Source of the DNA: Mytilus trossulus
Lineage: Eukaryota
NCBI RefSeq assembly: GCF_036588685.1
Contig: NC_086373.1
Span: forward strand, 90,458,001 to 90,522,000
Length of the DNA: 64,000 bases
Reading direction: 5' to 3'
Within the stretch, counting starts at the first letter, position 1, and every line of letters begins with the position of its first letter. Of the stretch, positions 1 through 14,430 are shown piece by piece. Position numbers and translations under genes: made by a program. Under the pieces are notes generated by a model. The model was not told where the DNA came from, did no database searches, and saw only the letters and a program-made list of their open reading frames with translations.

Positions 1-283
1 TCCAATTGCTCAAACTTTTGATTTCTGAACTTGTTAGTCTTTTCATTTTTTTTGTTTTTTTGTCATGGTGTTGTCAGCTTTTATTTGACTTGTAAGTTTT
101 GTTTGTCCAGTTGGTATCTTCTGCCTCTTAATGAGCAAATTAATGTCATACAAAATTTATTAGGTCAAAAACTTTTGCACTGAAGTATTCGTTCTTTATT
201 AGCATTAATATTCACAGAATTAAAACCTATTATAAAAGTTATTGTTCATAAGGTAAGACCTCATTTCTTTCCCCTTGACTAAT

Positions 284-770
284 AAAAGAGGGATGAAAGA
301 TACCAGAGGGACAGTCAAACTCATAAATCGAAAATAAACCGACATCGCCATGGCTAAAAAAAAGGGAAAAAAACAGACAGACAAACAATAGTAAACATGA
401 TACAACATTGAAAACTAAAGAATAAGCAACATAAACACCACCAAAAACAAGGGATGATCTAAGGTGCTCCGGAAGGGTAAGCGGATCCTGCTCCACATGT
501 AGCACCCATCCTGTTGCTTATGTGATAACAAATCCAGTAAATAGTCTAATTCGGTAGGTCACATTCATGAAAGGGAAGGGGATTGTAGTTACAACGTAAG
601 GAAATATATCCAATATTTGTGAAACGGTTATTTTATAATGGTCAACCAACTCGTGATGGCAACCATAAAATTTAGGAAGGGATGATTTCAACTTTACCAT
701 TTGGAACTCTTGGTTTAGTAGCTTCCTTGTGAGCAGCAACCTTCTATCAAGAAAATCATGATAGGAAATT
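284..770 (-). mobile_element. 3' fragment of an abundant retroelement (Penelope-like RT C-terminus plus 3' UTR)
   Basis: Encodes LLTRKLLNQEFQMVKLKSSL.KFYG.HHELVD.Y; homologous copies at 6248, 38915, 51097 and 62801 in this window. Confidence 0.7.
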
Positions 771-793
771 TACCGTAATAAATTACAACATAC

Positions 794-966
794 CCTGTCA
801 GATCGTTGTTTGTCAGGTCAAGTCTTTGAAGTCCAGTCAGCACAACAATTTCATCTGGTATAACAGATACTTTATTGTCCCTTATATCCAGTACACTGAG
901 GGTTTCCAAGTGATTTAAATGTTCTGCTGTTAATTCTTTCAGCTGGTTATTACCAAGATGTAACTC
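794..966 (-). CDS. LRRC40: LRRC40 coding exon 7 (ELHLGNNQLKELTAEHLNHLETLSVLDIRDNK...LDLTNNDLTG); gene continues beyond the window start
   Basis: AG/GT-bounded, 173 nt. AEHL.HL and VLD.RDNK...PDEI match LRRC40. Confidence 0.93.
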
Positions 967-1719
967 CTAAACAATCAGTAATCAAGCCAATGCAAGTAGA
1001 AAAAAGATTTATAAAAAATTACAATAAAAAATAGTAATATCCAACTATAAACTTATTTAACTTTATAAAACAGATGTACCATGCGTAACTCATGATATTC
1101 GTGTACCTTTATTTCAACTACATGTCTAAAAGTTTGAGCATCAAATATAAAATGTGATCACTGAAACTGATTCAAGGTTAAATCAAACTTGTCAGAAAGA
1201 TGAAGTGTTACTAAATATGTAATGAATCCATTTATTTTATCTCAATCCATCATATACATCTCTGACAAACAGATCTGTACTTGGTAAGCAGAAAGTGTAA
1301 ATGTATAACATGACTTGAAGCTTGAAACCAAATTTCACAAAGCTGTATTTTTGTTCCTAGGAATTTGACAAAAAAATCATGGGATTGGGCAGATGGATAA
1401 ACAGAACCACAGATATATACCAGTTTACACCCTTCATTTGGAGTGAAGTATCAGAGACAAATTTCAGTGAACCCAACATGTGTATACAGGTATCATAAAA
1501 CACCATACTGACAACAAGTGTATACAAATTTCTAAATTGGTTAAGTTTATGAATTTTGGTTCCTTTTATAAGCTGAGAAACCAACCTTGGTATAAAAAAT
1601 ATCTACTGATTTAAATTATGTTGTAACCTAAAAAGAAGAATCTTTTCAAAATGATGTGTGCCTTTCACTGTGAAAGGTTTCATTTTGAGGGACCATTGCT
1701 TTGGAAAACAAAACAAAAA

Positions 1720-2927
1720 CAGTGTTCTCCCCAGGATTTTTGGATAGCACCAGGGTAACGCGTGACGAAATGAATTTTACAGTATTTTGTGTCGCGTTGC
1801 GTCGCTTATTTTTTTCTTGTTACTTTTTGTCAATACCTGTTTGCCTTTGTTTTTTTTACTGTGGTACTGTGTTGTAGGACTTTGGGTCAGAAAATTATTG
1901 GTAGAAAAAGTAAATCAATAAACAGTTTGTATACTTTAATATCTTTGAAGAATAAATAAAAGAAAGCACAATTAGTCTTTAAGCTAAAGTCACTTCTTAT
2001 ATTTTTATCAAGCCATTTTGTCCCGATACTTGTAGGTACACTACACATTCCCCATAACAATGAACTTTTTGATACAGAACCTTCAGTAAATTAAAAACTA
2101 TTTTCCATAGTTTTAGACAACAACATATTTGTTTTTATGATTAATAATTTGTTACAGACATGGAGAGTGCTTTATAAGAGTTATCTTTTTACAAAGTTCA
2201 TTCCTATTTTAAGTGTTGCATGGGAATGTATTACATTTGTAGCAGTAGGCTTTTAAGACCTGTTACAGTAGAAATTTCATCACTAATAAAAAATACCCAT
2301 TAATTATAATATGTCTGTGCATCAATAATGGTATGATTCTCAAAAATAATTTGCAAAACATTTTTGTTGATATGTTCTAAGAATGTTTTTATCCTTAATG
2401 TAACATTCTAATATAATTTTGCATTCAATTTGTACTTTATTTTTGTTTGCAATGAGAAATTATATGTAAGGAGCATTTATTTGTAATTAGCAAAATCAGG
2501 GGAAGTAACTCCACAATTAATTCCTAAAAGGCAAATTATTTTGACTTGAGACTGGCGTAATAGGGTTCATTAACAAATGTCTGCTTGTCCCTCACAAGTC
2601 TTTTATTAAAATAATGATCTCTTAATTAATTAAAACACAAAAGAATCATGTACATGGATTAAATCCAATCATCAAGGTTAACCTCAACAGGTAAATCAAT
2701 CACGTGGTGTAAACAATCTACTTGTCAATACTGGATTAAACTGGTTAACACTGGTCAATTTTGATGTAAAGTTGAAGTTATCTGTAAACCGATTTTAATA
2801 CGATTTTTTTACCGAAAACTTTTGCACCACGGAGAAAAATTATACATCGCGGCAAGAACGATACCACCGCGGCAGAAAATTATACATCGCGGGCCCGTGG
2901 TCCTTTAAGGGCCTGGGGAGAACACTG
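1720..2927. mobile_element. Non-autonomous DNA transposon in an LRRC40 intron, hAT-like ends
   Basis: Perfect 16-bp TIR CAGTGTTCTCCCCAGG/CCTGGGGAGAACACTG and subterminal CGCGG repeats. TSD ambiguous in A-rich flanks; no transposase. Confidence 0.75.
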
Positions 2928-3435
2928 AAAAACAAACAAAAAAACAATTGTTACTGTATTAAGTGCCAGTCTGCCTATTAGAATCAGGCAGTGGTGAAAA
3001 CATGACCAAAAAAACCCACCCAATTTGACATTGATTTCAGTTCATGATATGTAGCTATGCACAAAAATAACGTTCATTTCGATTTTCTGTTGTGGTAATA
3101 GAAGATACAATTTGGTTGAAATGCACTAGAAATTAATGAATAAGGGGGATAACTCTGTAATTTGCTATCATTCTAACCATTTTTCTAACCAAGTTATTTG
3201 ATATTTCCAGACACACACAAACAAAAGACTAATACTTTATAACTCAGGATGATGGTTAGTATTACATAGTATGATTAGCTGGGTGTTTTTTTTTTCTAAT
3301 CATGTTTTAATTTTTACCTAAATTGCCTGATTCTTACAAAGACTGGCACTTAAATAATCTTCTCAAAGGGAGATAATCAATATATTTGAATAAAAATAAA
3401 GCATTGGTATTAATATCTTCAGACATGGCAATTAC

Positions 3436-3578
3436 CTTCAAATTTTGACATTTTGACAGTAGTGGGAAATACTGCAGTTTATTATGTCGTAAATACAGTT
3501 GTTCAAGATGCATCAGATTACCAAAGTCTGAAGGCAACACAGATATCTGATTATGTGTAGCATCAAAAAATCTTAAGC
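3436..3578 (-). CDS. LRRC40: LRRC40 coding exon 6 (GLRFFDATHNQISVLPSDFGNLMHLEQLYLRHNKLQYFPLLSKCQNLK)
   Basis: AG/GT-bounded, 143 nt, with the LYLRxNKL motif of LRRC40. Confidence 0.92.
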
Positions 3579-4030
3579 CTGAAATAATAAAAAAAAATCC
3601 ATAAATTAATATTCAAATAATCTTATGGTACATGTATCATAAACTTCCTGACATATTATTACAATAAAAGAAAATGTTTATGTCCATTCCAAATTGTTCA
3701 TGCTGATTTAAACACTCAGTAAATTTCTTAAAAACAATAGTTTCAGAGAATTATCATCACCAGTATTAAATTATAAAAAGTCAAGTGACTTGATTGTTTT
3801 ACATTTTGTCATGTCCAGGCCTCATATATTTCTCCTCCATAGCTTGCTATGCTGTATGGGTTGTGCTCATTGTTTGAAGTCCCTATGGTGACCTGTAGTT
3901 GGTAACTTATATGTCATTTAGTCTCTAATGAATAGTTGTCTCATTGGAAATCAATTCATATTCTGCTAAAGCAACAACTATCAAAACACCCTAACATTCA
4001 TAGGGATATGGAAATAAAATAATAACTCAC

Positions 4031-4154
4031 CATCCATGCATCCTAGTTCTGGTGGTAAACTTTGAAACTTGTTATTGGAAACATTAAGTCTGCTAACTTT
4101 AGTAAGGTACCCTATTTCTGGTGGCAAATTTGTTAACTGGTTATTAGATATATC
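4031..4154 (-). CDS. LRRC40: LRRC40 coding exon 5 (DISNNQLTNLPPEIGYLTKVSRLNVSNNKFQSLPPELGCMD)
   Basis: AG/GT-bounded, 124 nt, inside ORF 3981..4172. Confidence 0.92.
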
Positions 4155-4536
4155 CTGTAAAAGATATTGCATTACAGAAAGATATATTTGTTTAAGAAGA
4201 AGAGTTACTTGTTCTCAGATACTGGTCAAAGGATGATAATTTAAGTTTATGAAAGTGTACAATTCAATATGTTTTCTCAAAATATTTTGGCCTTGATGTT
4301 GTTTGTACTCAAATGACTTTAATGATTTTGTTTGTACTCAAATGACTTTAATGATTTTGTTTTCACTTCATTAATGTTAGAAAGTAAAATTCATAATCAT
4401 CACATTAAAACTACATTTATAAGCCTATTTGTTCAAAATTAAAACTCTTTGACTGCATTACATCTCTTAGAATGAACCTTACAAAAGATATTTGGAATCT
4501 GAGCACAAATATACCAGTTTATTTTTATGTACCTAC

Positions 4537-4666
4537 CAACTCCTCAAGTTTCCTCAGGTCACCGATTTCAGGACCAATATGAATGAGTTCATTGTGTTCA
4601 ATGTGAAAACTGACCAGGCTGTGACATTGGCTTACACAGGCTGGAAATTCTTTAAGACGATTTCGA
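4537..4666 (-). CDS. LRRC40: LRRC40 coding exon 4 (RNRLKEFPACVSQCHSLVSFHIEHNELIHIGPEIGDLRKLEEL)
   Basis: AG/GT-bounded, 130 nt, LRR consensus, in frame. Confidence 0.92.
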
Positions 4667-4983
4667 CTGAAATCAAACATTACTTAGAATGTTACCAAGA
4701 ATTTGTGTACTATACAAATCCTTGATGTTACCAATACAATTTTTATGAATAAAATGCACACTGAAAGAACTGTATACAGTAAATGATATATTTAATGTTA
4801 AAAAAAATAACATAGATCAAATTAACTCTTATAAATATTTTAATAAAAGAACATAATCTTTGTTAACTATTATAAATTATAAATTATTCTGAACATAGAT
4901 TTGATAAACCCTTTTCTTTATGAATTGCAAGCAACTTAAAATAAACTGGAGACCCTAATTGTCTTTTTATTACAAGTACTAAC

Positions 4984-5057
4984 CTGACATCAAGTTTTAC
5001 CAAATTACTTAATGAACGTATCGCTTGTGGTAGACTTTCTAATCTGTTATCATGAAT
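4984..5057 (-). CDS. LRRC40: LRRC40 coding exon 3 (IHDNRLESLPQAIRSLSNLVKLDVS)
   Basis: AG/GT-bounded, 74 nt, LRR consensus, in frame. Confidence 0.92.
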
Positions 5058-5629
5058 CTGCAAATAAAAATGACATGCAAAAAAATTACACTATAAAAAA
5101 AAAGATAAATATAATAAACATTTACCAGAGCAGCTTGTTGACACTGTGTACTGACAAATATTTCTTTCAATTTCATGAATATGTAAAAAAATGAATGAAA
5201 TAATGTTTCAGTATATAAATAATTCTAAATTTGTTATATTGTAATGTAGTCTTTATAACATCTGTCAATTAAAGACGCCATGTAACTAGAAAAGCTCTGC
5301 GACCATGACATTTATCATATCTTTAAAAATAGAAAGAGCTATACTACATGCAGTTTATATTTTGGCAAGGTAAAAACTATATTAATAAAATTCTATACTC
5401 TTTTATTTACCCACCCGCATAGGTTTGTTCTTAATAAAAAGATGTGTGACATATGCAAAATATATTCTGGGCAGAACACTGTTCTGGAGATGCATTTGTT
5501 CATAAAATTTAAATTCTGTCAAAAATAGCTAGGTGTGTAGTATTTACATTACCAGAAGTCTAAAGATCTAAAAGATACTCTATTACTTATAAAAGGAAGA
5601 TTAATAATGCATAACATTGTTTTACTAAC

Positions 5630-5811
5630 ATCCAGGACACTTAAGGCCGATAATTCTTTAATGTCCTCTGATAGCTCTGTCAACCAATTAGAGGCCAGAA
5701 TCAATTTCGTCAAATCGGTCTGTTCCCACCATCTGTCATCAGTGTTGTCAAGGGATACAGTCTTAGATTCCTCTGGTACATCGATGTTAATTCTCCATAC
5801 TTCATCTGGAA
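5630..5811 (-). CDS. LRRC40: LRRC40 coding exon 2 (VPDEVWRINIDVPEE...RWWEQTDLTKLILASN...LSVLD)
   Basis: AG/GT-bounded, 182 nt, phase consistent with exon 1. VWRIN and RWWEQTDLTKL are LRRC40 signature motifs. Confidence 0.95.
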
Positions 5812-6247
5812 CTAAAATCAGAATTTTTTTTAAATTCTATTATCAAATACTCGAAGGCAATACTTACCATGTTTAGTATACTGTTGAACTTGCACAATTT
5901 ATTCATTAAATATTTTTTACCATTATAAAAAGAAGGTTGTAATAAGGGTACCTTCATGGCGAATGATGGTAAAAATTCTTGACAAATGACGTAAGCAGTA
6001 ATTTTTGGTGCATGACAACTGACTTAAACAAATCATGGTAATTTCTTTCCAGAAATAACAGTAATGATAATTATTTGAGATAAATCATGATAGGAATATA
6101 TAATGGATTATGGTAAAATTTTGAACAATTTGGCACTAGCGGTAGCCGAAAATGACCTTTTGACGCCTGATGATAAAGACCATTCCTACTTAAAAAAAAA
6201 AAATGTCAATTCTTTATTAACCAAATGTTTTACAACATATAGGTACA

Positions 6248-6847
6248 AATTATGTAGCAACATTCCAGCAGCGCCTGCATACAGAGTATATATCTCACAA
6301 TTGATACTATATTAAGAGCTTGTTTTACCTATCATGATTTCCTTGATAGAGGATTGCTGCTCACAAGGAAGCTATTAACTAAGAGTTCCAAATGGTGAAG
6401 TTAAAATCATCTCTTCGTAAATTTCACAAACGCCATCAGGTGTTGGTTCACAGTTATGGAATAACTGTTTCACTGATGACATCTGATATGTTCCTTATGT
6501 CATAACTACCATATATACACCTTATCGCTAATCCCGGCTGACCTGGCCGCTTGAACTTTTGACATCAACAACAATCACTTTTCCATTGTGGCGTCAGATA
6601 TTTTGTTTTATGACGTCAAAATTTTACGGGAACTTGTGTGATATCCAGTAATGATGGACAAATAGCGATAAGGTGTATACCCTTACCTTTTCACAGGTGT
6701 GATCTACCGAATAAGATTATTTACCGGATTTGCAATAAAATAAGCAACACGACAGGTGCCACATGTGGAGCAGGATCTGCTTACCCTTCTGAAGCACCTG
6801 AGATCACTCCACCCCCGCCATGAAGTTGTCAGTTTATTTTCAATCTA
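6248..6847 (+). mobile_element. Copy of the same Penelope-like 3' fragment, interrupted by a MITE
   Basis: Encodes LCSNIPAAPAY.VYISQLI.Y and shares sequence with 284..770. Confidence 0.7.
6518..6675. mobile_element. 158-bp TA-flanked MITE
   Basis: TIR CACCTTATCGCTA/TAGCGATAAGGTG with TATA on both sides; cleanly interrupts the surrounding retroelement fragment. Confidence 0.8.
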
Positions 6848-7772
6848 CATCTACATCTACATTCTAAGTTGATCTGTCAAACTTGACCAATAGTCAATGC
6901 TTCCGGTGGGTGCAAGAAAAAGAGTAATTTTAAAAGATAACCAAAGAATATATAAGCGAGTATAAAGTTTATAAAAAAATAAATAATAATAAAGCAATGT
7001 ATAAAATGGGGGAGGGGGGTTCCCATTTGCTTTTCATTCATCTGGCCTGAAACAATCTGGCTTCCGTGGCAGTACCATGAAAAATAATCCCCGCCAGCAC
7101 AGCTCCAGTCCATCATTTGACTATTTTGATAATCTATGAGTTTGACTGTCCCTCTTTTACTTTTAGCTACAAAATGAGGTTTGACGATTGTGATAAAAAA
7201 AAAACTAAGGCTCATTTGATGCTAACCATATCGAAAAACGGACCTTTGACATTAAAGGGCATTACTTTACTGATAATTTACACAGACGACGGATAGAAAC
7301 AATTTTCTATGCGCCTTCAGTTCATTGGCGGTTTGATAGATTTTGTCCTAACCAATTCCTCGTTATTTCCTAAGACGTATTTTGCCAAGGAATTTGTGGG
7401 GCATCCGGGGTGACCCTCTCCCATTTAAAACACACAGATATTAAAAAACAATATTTGATACATAGAAAAAATACACTTTTTATACTTTGAGGACTGAGCG
7501 AATCAGGTAAGTGTGTGAGTTCGTCATATTTTATTATGTTAAGGGATGGTTAACTTTCTGGTAATAAGACCCGTCATGGCCTGGCTGGGGAATTGGGTAG
7601 GCAAATGCTCACATTAATCTGTACCGATACAGGCTCCAAATGCTGCCTTTATACGCCATAATATATGGTGGTGATCCTTATAGAGGATGCTTCTACGGAG
7701 ACAAGAAGAAGACATACATGTATGATGTAGTCATAAATAAAGGTGTCCTGTAGTTTCATTTGTTATCCACAC

Positions 7773-7917
7773 CTTTTGTTAGTGATCTTCCAGATAAATT
7801 TAATTGTCCACTCTTTCTTGCTTGTTTAAAAATACTTGGGTGAACTGTTTTAGAGTTATCATCACGAGTTTGCTGAAATCCGAATTTTGGATTTCTTGCC
7901 GGTTTTCTAGATGCCAT
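7773..7917 (-). CDS. LRRC40: LRRC40 coding exon 1 (MASRKPARNPKFGFQQTRDDNSKTVHPSIFKQARKSGQLNLSGRSLTK)
   Basis: ATG at 7917 and GT donor after 7773 (phase 1). KQARKSGQLNLSGR matches the characteristic LRRC40 N-terminus. Missed by the ORF track. Confidence 0.93.
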
Positions 7918-10900
7918 TCTTCGCTATTGGGTCACTTCGCCCCACAGTATGTTCGGCCCAAGTATCGTTCGTCCTTGAAGTGCGTTAGTTTTAATTTTAA
8001 CAATATTATTTTTTTAATGGAATTCGCTCTCTATTTCGTTCCTGTTAATTCAAAGAGAATTATGAATAAAAGGCGATATAAGTTATAAAATTAAGGTCTT
8101 AAGTGCAAATTTATTATTATGGTGTTCATTGCAAGGCTTAAAAAGATGCTTGTCTGAGATTGGTAGAATTCCACTTAAAAATAAAATTGCATTTTCAAGC
8201 ATAAAATGTCATCAGAAAATACACTTGTAATATCAAATTTTCTGTGCAACAAGATTTTCAAATCTCTGGATCATAAAAAAAAATAAGTGCATTTAACAAG
8301 TTAGAATATTCATATCTTGTTGAAAAAAAGTTGTTTAACAATTAAAGCAGCACTTGAGACAAGCAAAACAAAGAATTTATGATCAGTGCTTTTAAAATCA
8401 ATATGCAAAAATACAGGAATCTTCTAAGCTCAGTTTCTTCGTCAAGTCTACAAAATGGGTCAAATAATTTCCGATATGTTTTAAAACAATTTAAATGATA
8501 TATAGCAGCAATATTTAATATGCACATTCTTTCATGCTTGAAAGGGGAAGACATCTTAACAATCCTAGAGATGAAAGATACTGTTCTGGAAATTGAGGAT
8601 GGACAACATTTCTTATTACAACTTTAGGTGGCCTTTCATTTTAATTTCGCAAATTGTTCCCCTAAACTCAGTAAAAATAGATTGTAACGAGTCATAAAGC
8701 AGAATAAAGCGTAAAAAAATCTTACTTTACCGCAATCTTAATCGAACTCTGGTTTATAACTATTTTAAATATATTTTAGTCGCTTTTTATTGAAATAAAA
8801 CAAAAATTTAACCAGTGGTGGATTCTGAGGAGTTTTATTGCAAAAAGGGAAAAGGCCAAAAAATGTGCGATACTCAACTGCCTCCACTACTCAGGGTAGG
8901 AAAAATATACGGCCCTACCGTGAAACATACAAACAAAACATAGACACAACACCATAAAGGTATTCAAATTGGTGGTTGATAGTAAAGTATAGTTAAACAT
9001 AATGAAATATACACCGTATATAAATAAAATGAAAACAACACTTTTAAAATTCAATTCATGCATTCGAATTGCACATCTGGATTCATCCCCATTAGGAACA
9101 CACAAAGCCAAAAACCTTGCAGATGGATGTACAAATACCGATCCACGTCAAAAGTCATACGATCAAAAGGAACAAATGAATACACATCGACATATATATA
9201 CAAGAAAACTACAAAGTGCATAGAATGATGCACATTGCAATGTCAGCACCTATATAATTTTTAGCTCAATGCTATCCTGTATTGAACTATAATCGTGAAG
9301 CTGACACCATTTATTCATTTATAAGGTTTTAATTATGTGAGAGAGAAAATGATGAGACGGTCTTTGACAAAACCCTGGCTCTTTATCGAGTCCGATGACA
9401 ATTTACCCTGGAATTTAATTCTAGTAAAATGTCTAGAATTTAGCGTTTTTTTTTTAATTTCCAGTATAATGGTATAATGGGACACAATCATAAACGTTTT
9501 GGATTGTTAGCGGAGAGAACTTCTTCAATTGTATTCATGCTGCATGCATGTGAAATAAAATTATCTAGACTAGTTTATTTGATCTTCTTGTTTTTACAAG
9601 TGTCTGAGTGTCTGAAGGAACTCCGACAAATATGAAAATAAGAAGAGGTCGGCTAGGAAAGGTGCTCAGTTGGTTCTCGGTAACCTGCTGGAAAATTCTA
9701 CCTTCTCTATCATTTTTATGGAGGGAAGTATTGTGAAAGATTTCTTTTAGATGAAGCATTTTCTTAGCTGAATGAACTTTTAATATTTCATTTCCATGTA
9801 ATAACAAATGTGGTTTTTTTCTGTGACAAATCACAATGCATAGTTTTCTGTGTATACATGTCATGCTTTTCACTAATCGCCGGTTAGAATAATAATAAAT
9901 ACTCTTATTCTCTGCTTTTGCGGATACTCTCTGTGCTGGATGTGACACAGTTTCTCTGCTCAGTGACGACAGATGTGTTACAGATTAGCAGATCACTTTA
10001 AATGATAAGAAAGTTGATTACCTTTGGTAGAGACATATAGTGGAGGATCCAAAACGTTTTATAATGGGGACTGGACTGACATAAAGGGGGGTGCTCCAGT
10101 CATGCTTCATTGAATACCTATTACAATCAGCCAATTTTCTCCAGCATTCCCTTAGATCCGCCTCTACCATGTAACATAATAAGCTCTGTACAACCATGCA
10201 TGACTCTTCCATTATAATAAAAGATCGGACGTGTATTTTAATTATATTTTGGTGGGTTTAAAACTTTTAAAAGGAGTTTTACTGTGATTATTGGTGTGTG
10301 TTTATTTATTCTGCATTAACCAGACGTATATGAGAGAGTTGATATCATTTAAAACATGTTTTACCCGTCGCATTTTCCAAGCCTGTAGTCTTTGTTAGTC
10401 TCATGTCGGTTGTTTTTGTTTTGAATTTTAGTTCATTTATGTTTTGGAGTTTAGTATATGGGGTCCATTTTCACTGAAATAGTACAGATTTTTATAGGAG
10501 GCCCTCCTTTAGGTGTGGGATTTTCTCTCTGTGTTGAAGATACATTGGTGGCATTCGGTTGTTATCTGCTCTTTGATCGGGTTGTTTCCCATTTCAATTC
10601 TCAATTTTATAGTCCAACACCCTTCAATCGCGTCAGAATTGTAGAACTGGCTCTGCATATAAATATAGCATAAATAGACAGGAAATGTGTGATGTCTTTA
10701 AGGTGTACATGATCGTTGTTTCAGTTGTTGTTGTGTTGCTGTTTCGTTGATGTTAACCCTTCATATCATATAAATATTTCTGTATTACTCTGGGTTGTTT
10801 CAAACACCATCTTATTGACAAATTATAGAAGTCTCAGACTATATGGACTAAAATGGATCTTGCTTGAAAATATAGTAAATATGTTGACTAACTTTTTTTT

Positions 10901-11491
10901 ATTAAAGACCCAACACGTAAATTTAGATACAATACAAATAAATATAATTCTGAAAGATAAGAACTTTGCATACCGGTATTGTCTCTAATGTCTATAAGGG
11001 AGTAACTGCGAATACTGAACTAGATAGGTACATTATGCTTTTGGTGGTTTTTTTTGTTAGGTTTTATTGTGTTCTTAAATTCGATTTAATGAGCCAAGAG
11101 TTTTTTCAGCTCAGTGAATTTTATAGTTTGGTCTTATACACTGGCCATGCAGGTTGTGAGAGGGTTGTGTGCTTATCAAAATGTTAGGAGCCTGTACTGT
11201 AGTGATTGTCTTTGGTTGTTGCTTTATTTGTATTTCGCTTGTTGTTTTAGTGCATCATGATAGAAAACTATCATGTTGTGTAGTGGAATCAAATCATAGC
11301 CTTATGCGGAAAGCACCGTTATGTTCAATTTTCTACTTTTAATATGAAAGCAAGGACGATCAACTTCTACGGGAATATTTTGAATCAAGAAAAGACGAGA
11401 CTGAAAATCAAATTTGAATAAGACGAGTTATCTATCCAAAGGAATAGAAAAATGATATAATTAAGATATGCAAGCAACTCAGTATATATAT

Positions 11492-12060
11492 AACAAGCAT
11501 TATGTGAGTATTGCATAGCAATACATAGTCCCCTACCGGTTAAAAAAATCAGCGTAATGGAGCTTTTAACCTACCACTAAATTCTTCAACCAATTTACTA
11601 TAGAAAAGAAGAGAATCCAAAATGTCATTTATCTTGATACAATGTATCTTTAAATAAATGAGTTATATCCTTTGAACAGAAATATAGTAATAAATAAGTA
11701 TTTCATTAAAAATTAAATTCTGGGGAAAGTGAAAAATAAATGAGTGAGTTATTTCCCTTTAAACAGAAATCTAGTAATTATAGGTATTTCTTCATAAATT
11801 TAATTCTAAGTAAAGGGCTTTAACTGAACAAGGAGAAAAGCTTAAATCGTGAAATCGAACTTGACCTGAAACGTGTCATGATAAAACAATACACCAAATA
11901 ATATCAAATCAATATCTTCAAGCTTAAAGAACAAATCAATATATTCAAGCTTAAAGAAAAAAAGTCCGGAAAACTGATCGTCCGGACTGACGGATGGACG
12001 GATAGTCAGACAGAGTGCACACCTAAAGTCACCTTCGACTTCGTCAGAAGAACACTTTAA
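11492..12060 (-). mobile_element. Degenerate HINE/CvA-type element
   Basis: AACAAG...GTCCCCTACCGG end, internal duplicated AAATGAGTTATxTCCxTTxAACAGAAATxTAGTAAT, GACG/GGAC microsatellite and a terminal hairpin. Confidence 0.5.
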
Positions 12061-13914
12061 AAAGATATCTTTTAATGCGGTCCAATGCTTTAGGTACATG
12101 TTAGAAAAGGCCACACTGAATGAGAATTAACAAAATTTTCCTCGAAATTCATGGCGATAGCGCGTGGTTGCCAATATGGCAGAAAAATATAAAAATGTTC
12201 AGAAGAATATTACAAGATGTGCAGAATGTACATATTAAAAATTCCATGTTCAGTCTAAATATGATTGTTCATGCTTGAAAGGAACCCGTTGCTGCTTGTC
12301 GTTCAAGCATGCAATTGGCATTCTACAAGAAATATATAATTCTGGCGAATGAGGACAAAAAAAGAAAGCATACTTCTTGTAACGTTCTAGGCCTTCATAT
12401 TAGAACAACTCTTACAAATTTTAATCTCTATATTTCTACTGTATGCGATCCAAAAGCGGGTCCCTATCAAGCTGCTGTCAAGAATATTGTACCATGCACT
12501 ACTCGTATTATATCTATCTATTTTTTACGAGAAAATGCGTGCATGAGACATCTTTGTCACTGGTAAAGAATCCAAAGTTAATTATTTAAGAGACAATTAC
12601 ACGGAGAAGGAAATGACACAAGCGTGAAGAGACGCCCCTTATGATAATAAAGTTAGACTGTAGGTGCAAACGTCGATTACTTTTGCCGTGTGGATTCGTT
12701 GTTCCTTCTCACAAGGACGTTTCATTATAAGTCCGGTATAAGCTTACCAGCTTTATGTATAATTTTTTAAATTGTTGTTCAAAAGTTTACAAATCATTTA
12801 TAAGCGGCTGTGTCATTCATTTCTCGGTATAAAAAAACCAAACACAGTATATCATTCAAGCATGCTATATATTAGCGAATGGAGTGGAATTCCTGCTCAT
12901 GTCTGTCAGGTGCAGAAAAACAAACAGAAATGTAAAAAAAAGTACATGTGTATTCACAGCAAATAAAATATACTGTAGTAGTAGGAATTGAGAATAGTTC
13001 GTATAAGTTTCCTGCAATAACACAAAGGGGCACTGCTCAAGGAGCTGTGTTATTTACACAGTCCTCTTCGTGTCTGAATCGGACAAGAAAGCCAAATACT
13101 CAAACAAGTTTTTGAAATAAAATTTATCAGCAGCAGTGACTGATACGTGACTTATCATGCTTCTGTGTTCATAAGCCAGCTTATCTCTTGCGTTAGGAGA
13201 ATCTTAAGAGTTATATGTATGATCATAATCATGATTGATTGACATTAGGTTATTTTCTATTACATTTAATAAACTATGATTTTACTATGAGGTGTGGTGA
13301 ACAAAGGGTCCAGAGTAACAGACGATGGGTCATATTATATATTTTTTATTATTACAAATTTCTTACTTGGTTTACTTTGATATCTAGTATTAATCAATTT
13401 AATCAAAATCAATCATAGTATGTACTTTATTTAAACTATTTTAAATTTACTTTATATTATGTTTGCAAGTTGTATTGTTATTATTCTGCTCATTTTGGGC
13501 ACCGTGATAGACAAATCATAGTAAAATGATTTGTTTGTTTGTTTTTGTTATTAAAAAAATGGGACAACTTTTGAGTTATTTCTTGAAGTAGGCGAACGAG
13601 GTCATCATTAAAGTTAAAACATTAGAATAGTAAATAATATTCATCCTCGAAACCTTCGGAGTTACAACGAGTACAATTCTGTCATTTAGGAGAGTACCCT
13701 GATACCTTACGCACTCAAATCTTTTAAAGTGGTGTGATGAAATTCTGATCTTAGCTTCGTCTGTTCAAAATTCTCCCTAATGGAAAAATATTTTATTTTT
13801 CTCTTACAAACCAAAAATTGATTTAAATGTAACAAAATTTCTAAGATTACCATCTGAATTTGAAAACGGGGGAGGTGGTCTATGCCCCATAATGTCAACA
13901 GGGAATACATTGAC

Positions 13915-14430
13915 GAGGGTGCTAACGAGGGGTACTGAACACGGAAACACGTGAAATAAAAATCGCAAAAACGTTGCACGAAAAAGAAAAATCGTGAAAA
14001 CGAAGCACAAGAAGGAAAAAAGTACCAGAAAGTCATGATCACTCAGTCGTTCTTGGAGATCGTGTAGCCTTTATTTATGGACATAGTGACCTTAAATTGC
14101 GGTCAACTTTTAGCGTCCGCTACTTGCATCTTTAATAGTTAAAAAAAATATTATTCATAGTAATTCATTGATACAATATACATATTGCAAAAGTAGAATG
14201 GTAACAACATACATAAATTTCTATTAGATTACACAAATTTAATTCGAATGCGGCACATGCACGAGAAATTAAGAGCACAGACACGAAACACATAAATAGA
14301 TATGGGGAAACACAAAGCACGCAAATCAAGCTAAACACGAGAAAACGAGAAATAAAACGTAAAAACACGAAAATACGGGAAATAAAAAGGCCGAAAACGG
14401 TACACGAAAATAACCCTTTACCACCCTCAT
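13915..14430. mobile_element. Probable MITE with imperfect GAGGGTG termini and internal AAAAC(A)CG periodic repeats
   Basis: ACGAGGGTGCTAA at the left end versus TTACCACCCTCAT at the right end; CpG-rich A-tract repeats inside; TSD unclear. Confidence 0.4.

Noticed and set aside
6875-7700. GC-richer patches and a plus-strand CAG|GTAAGT donor (about 7506) in LRRC40 intron 1
   Set aside because: Could be repeat remnants or an antisense exon, but no ORF, TIR or partner acceptor supports a call.
9055-9115. Possible decayed hammerhead-bearing repeat on the minus strand
   Set aside because: Core nucleotides are not intact (CUAAUGG, GAUG); a ribozyme call cannot be supported.
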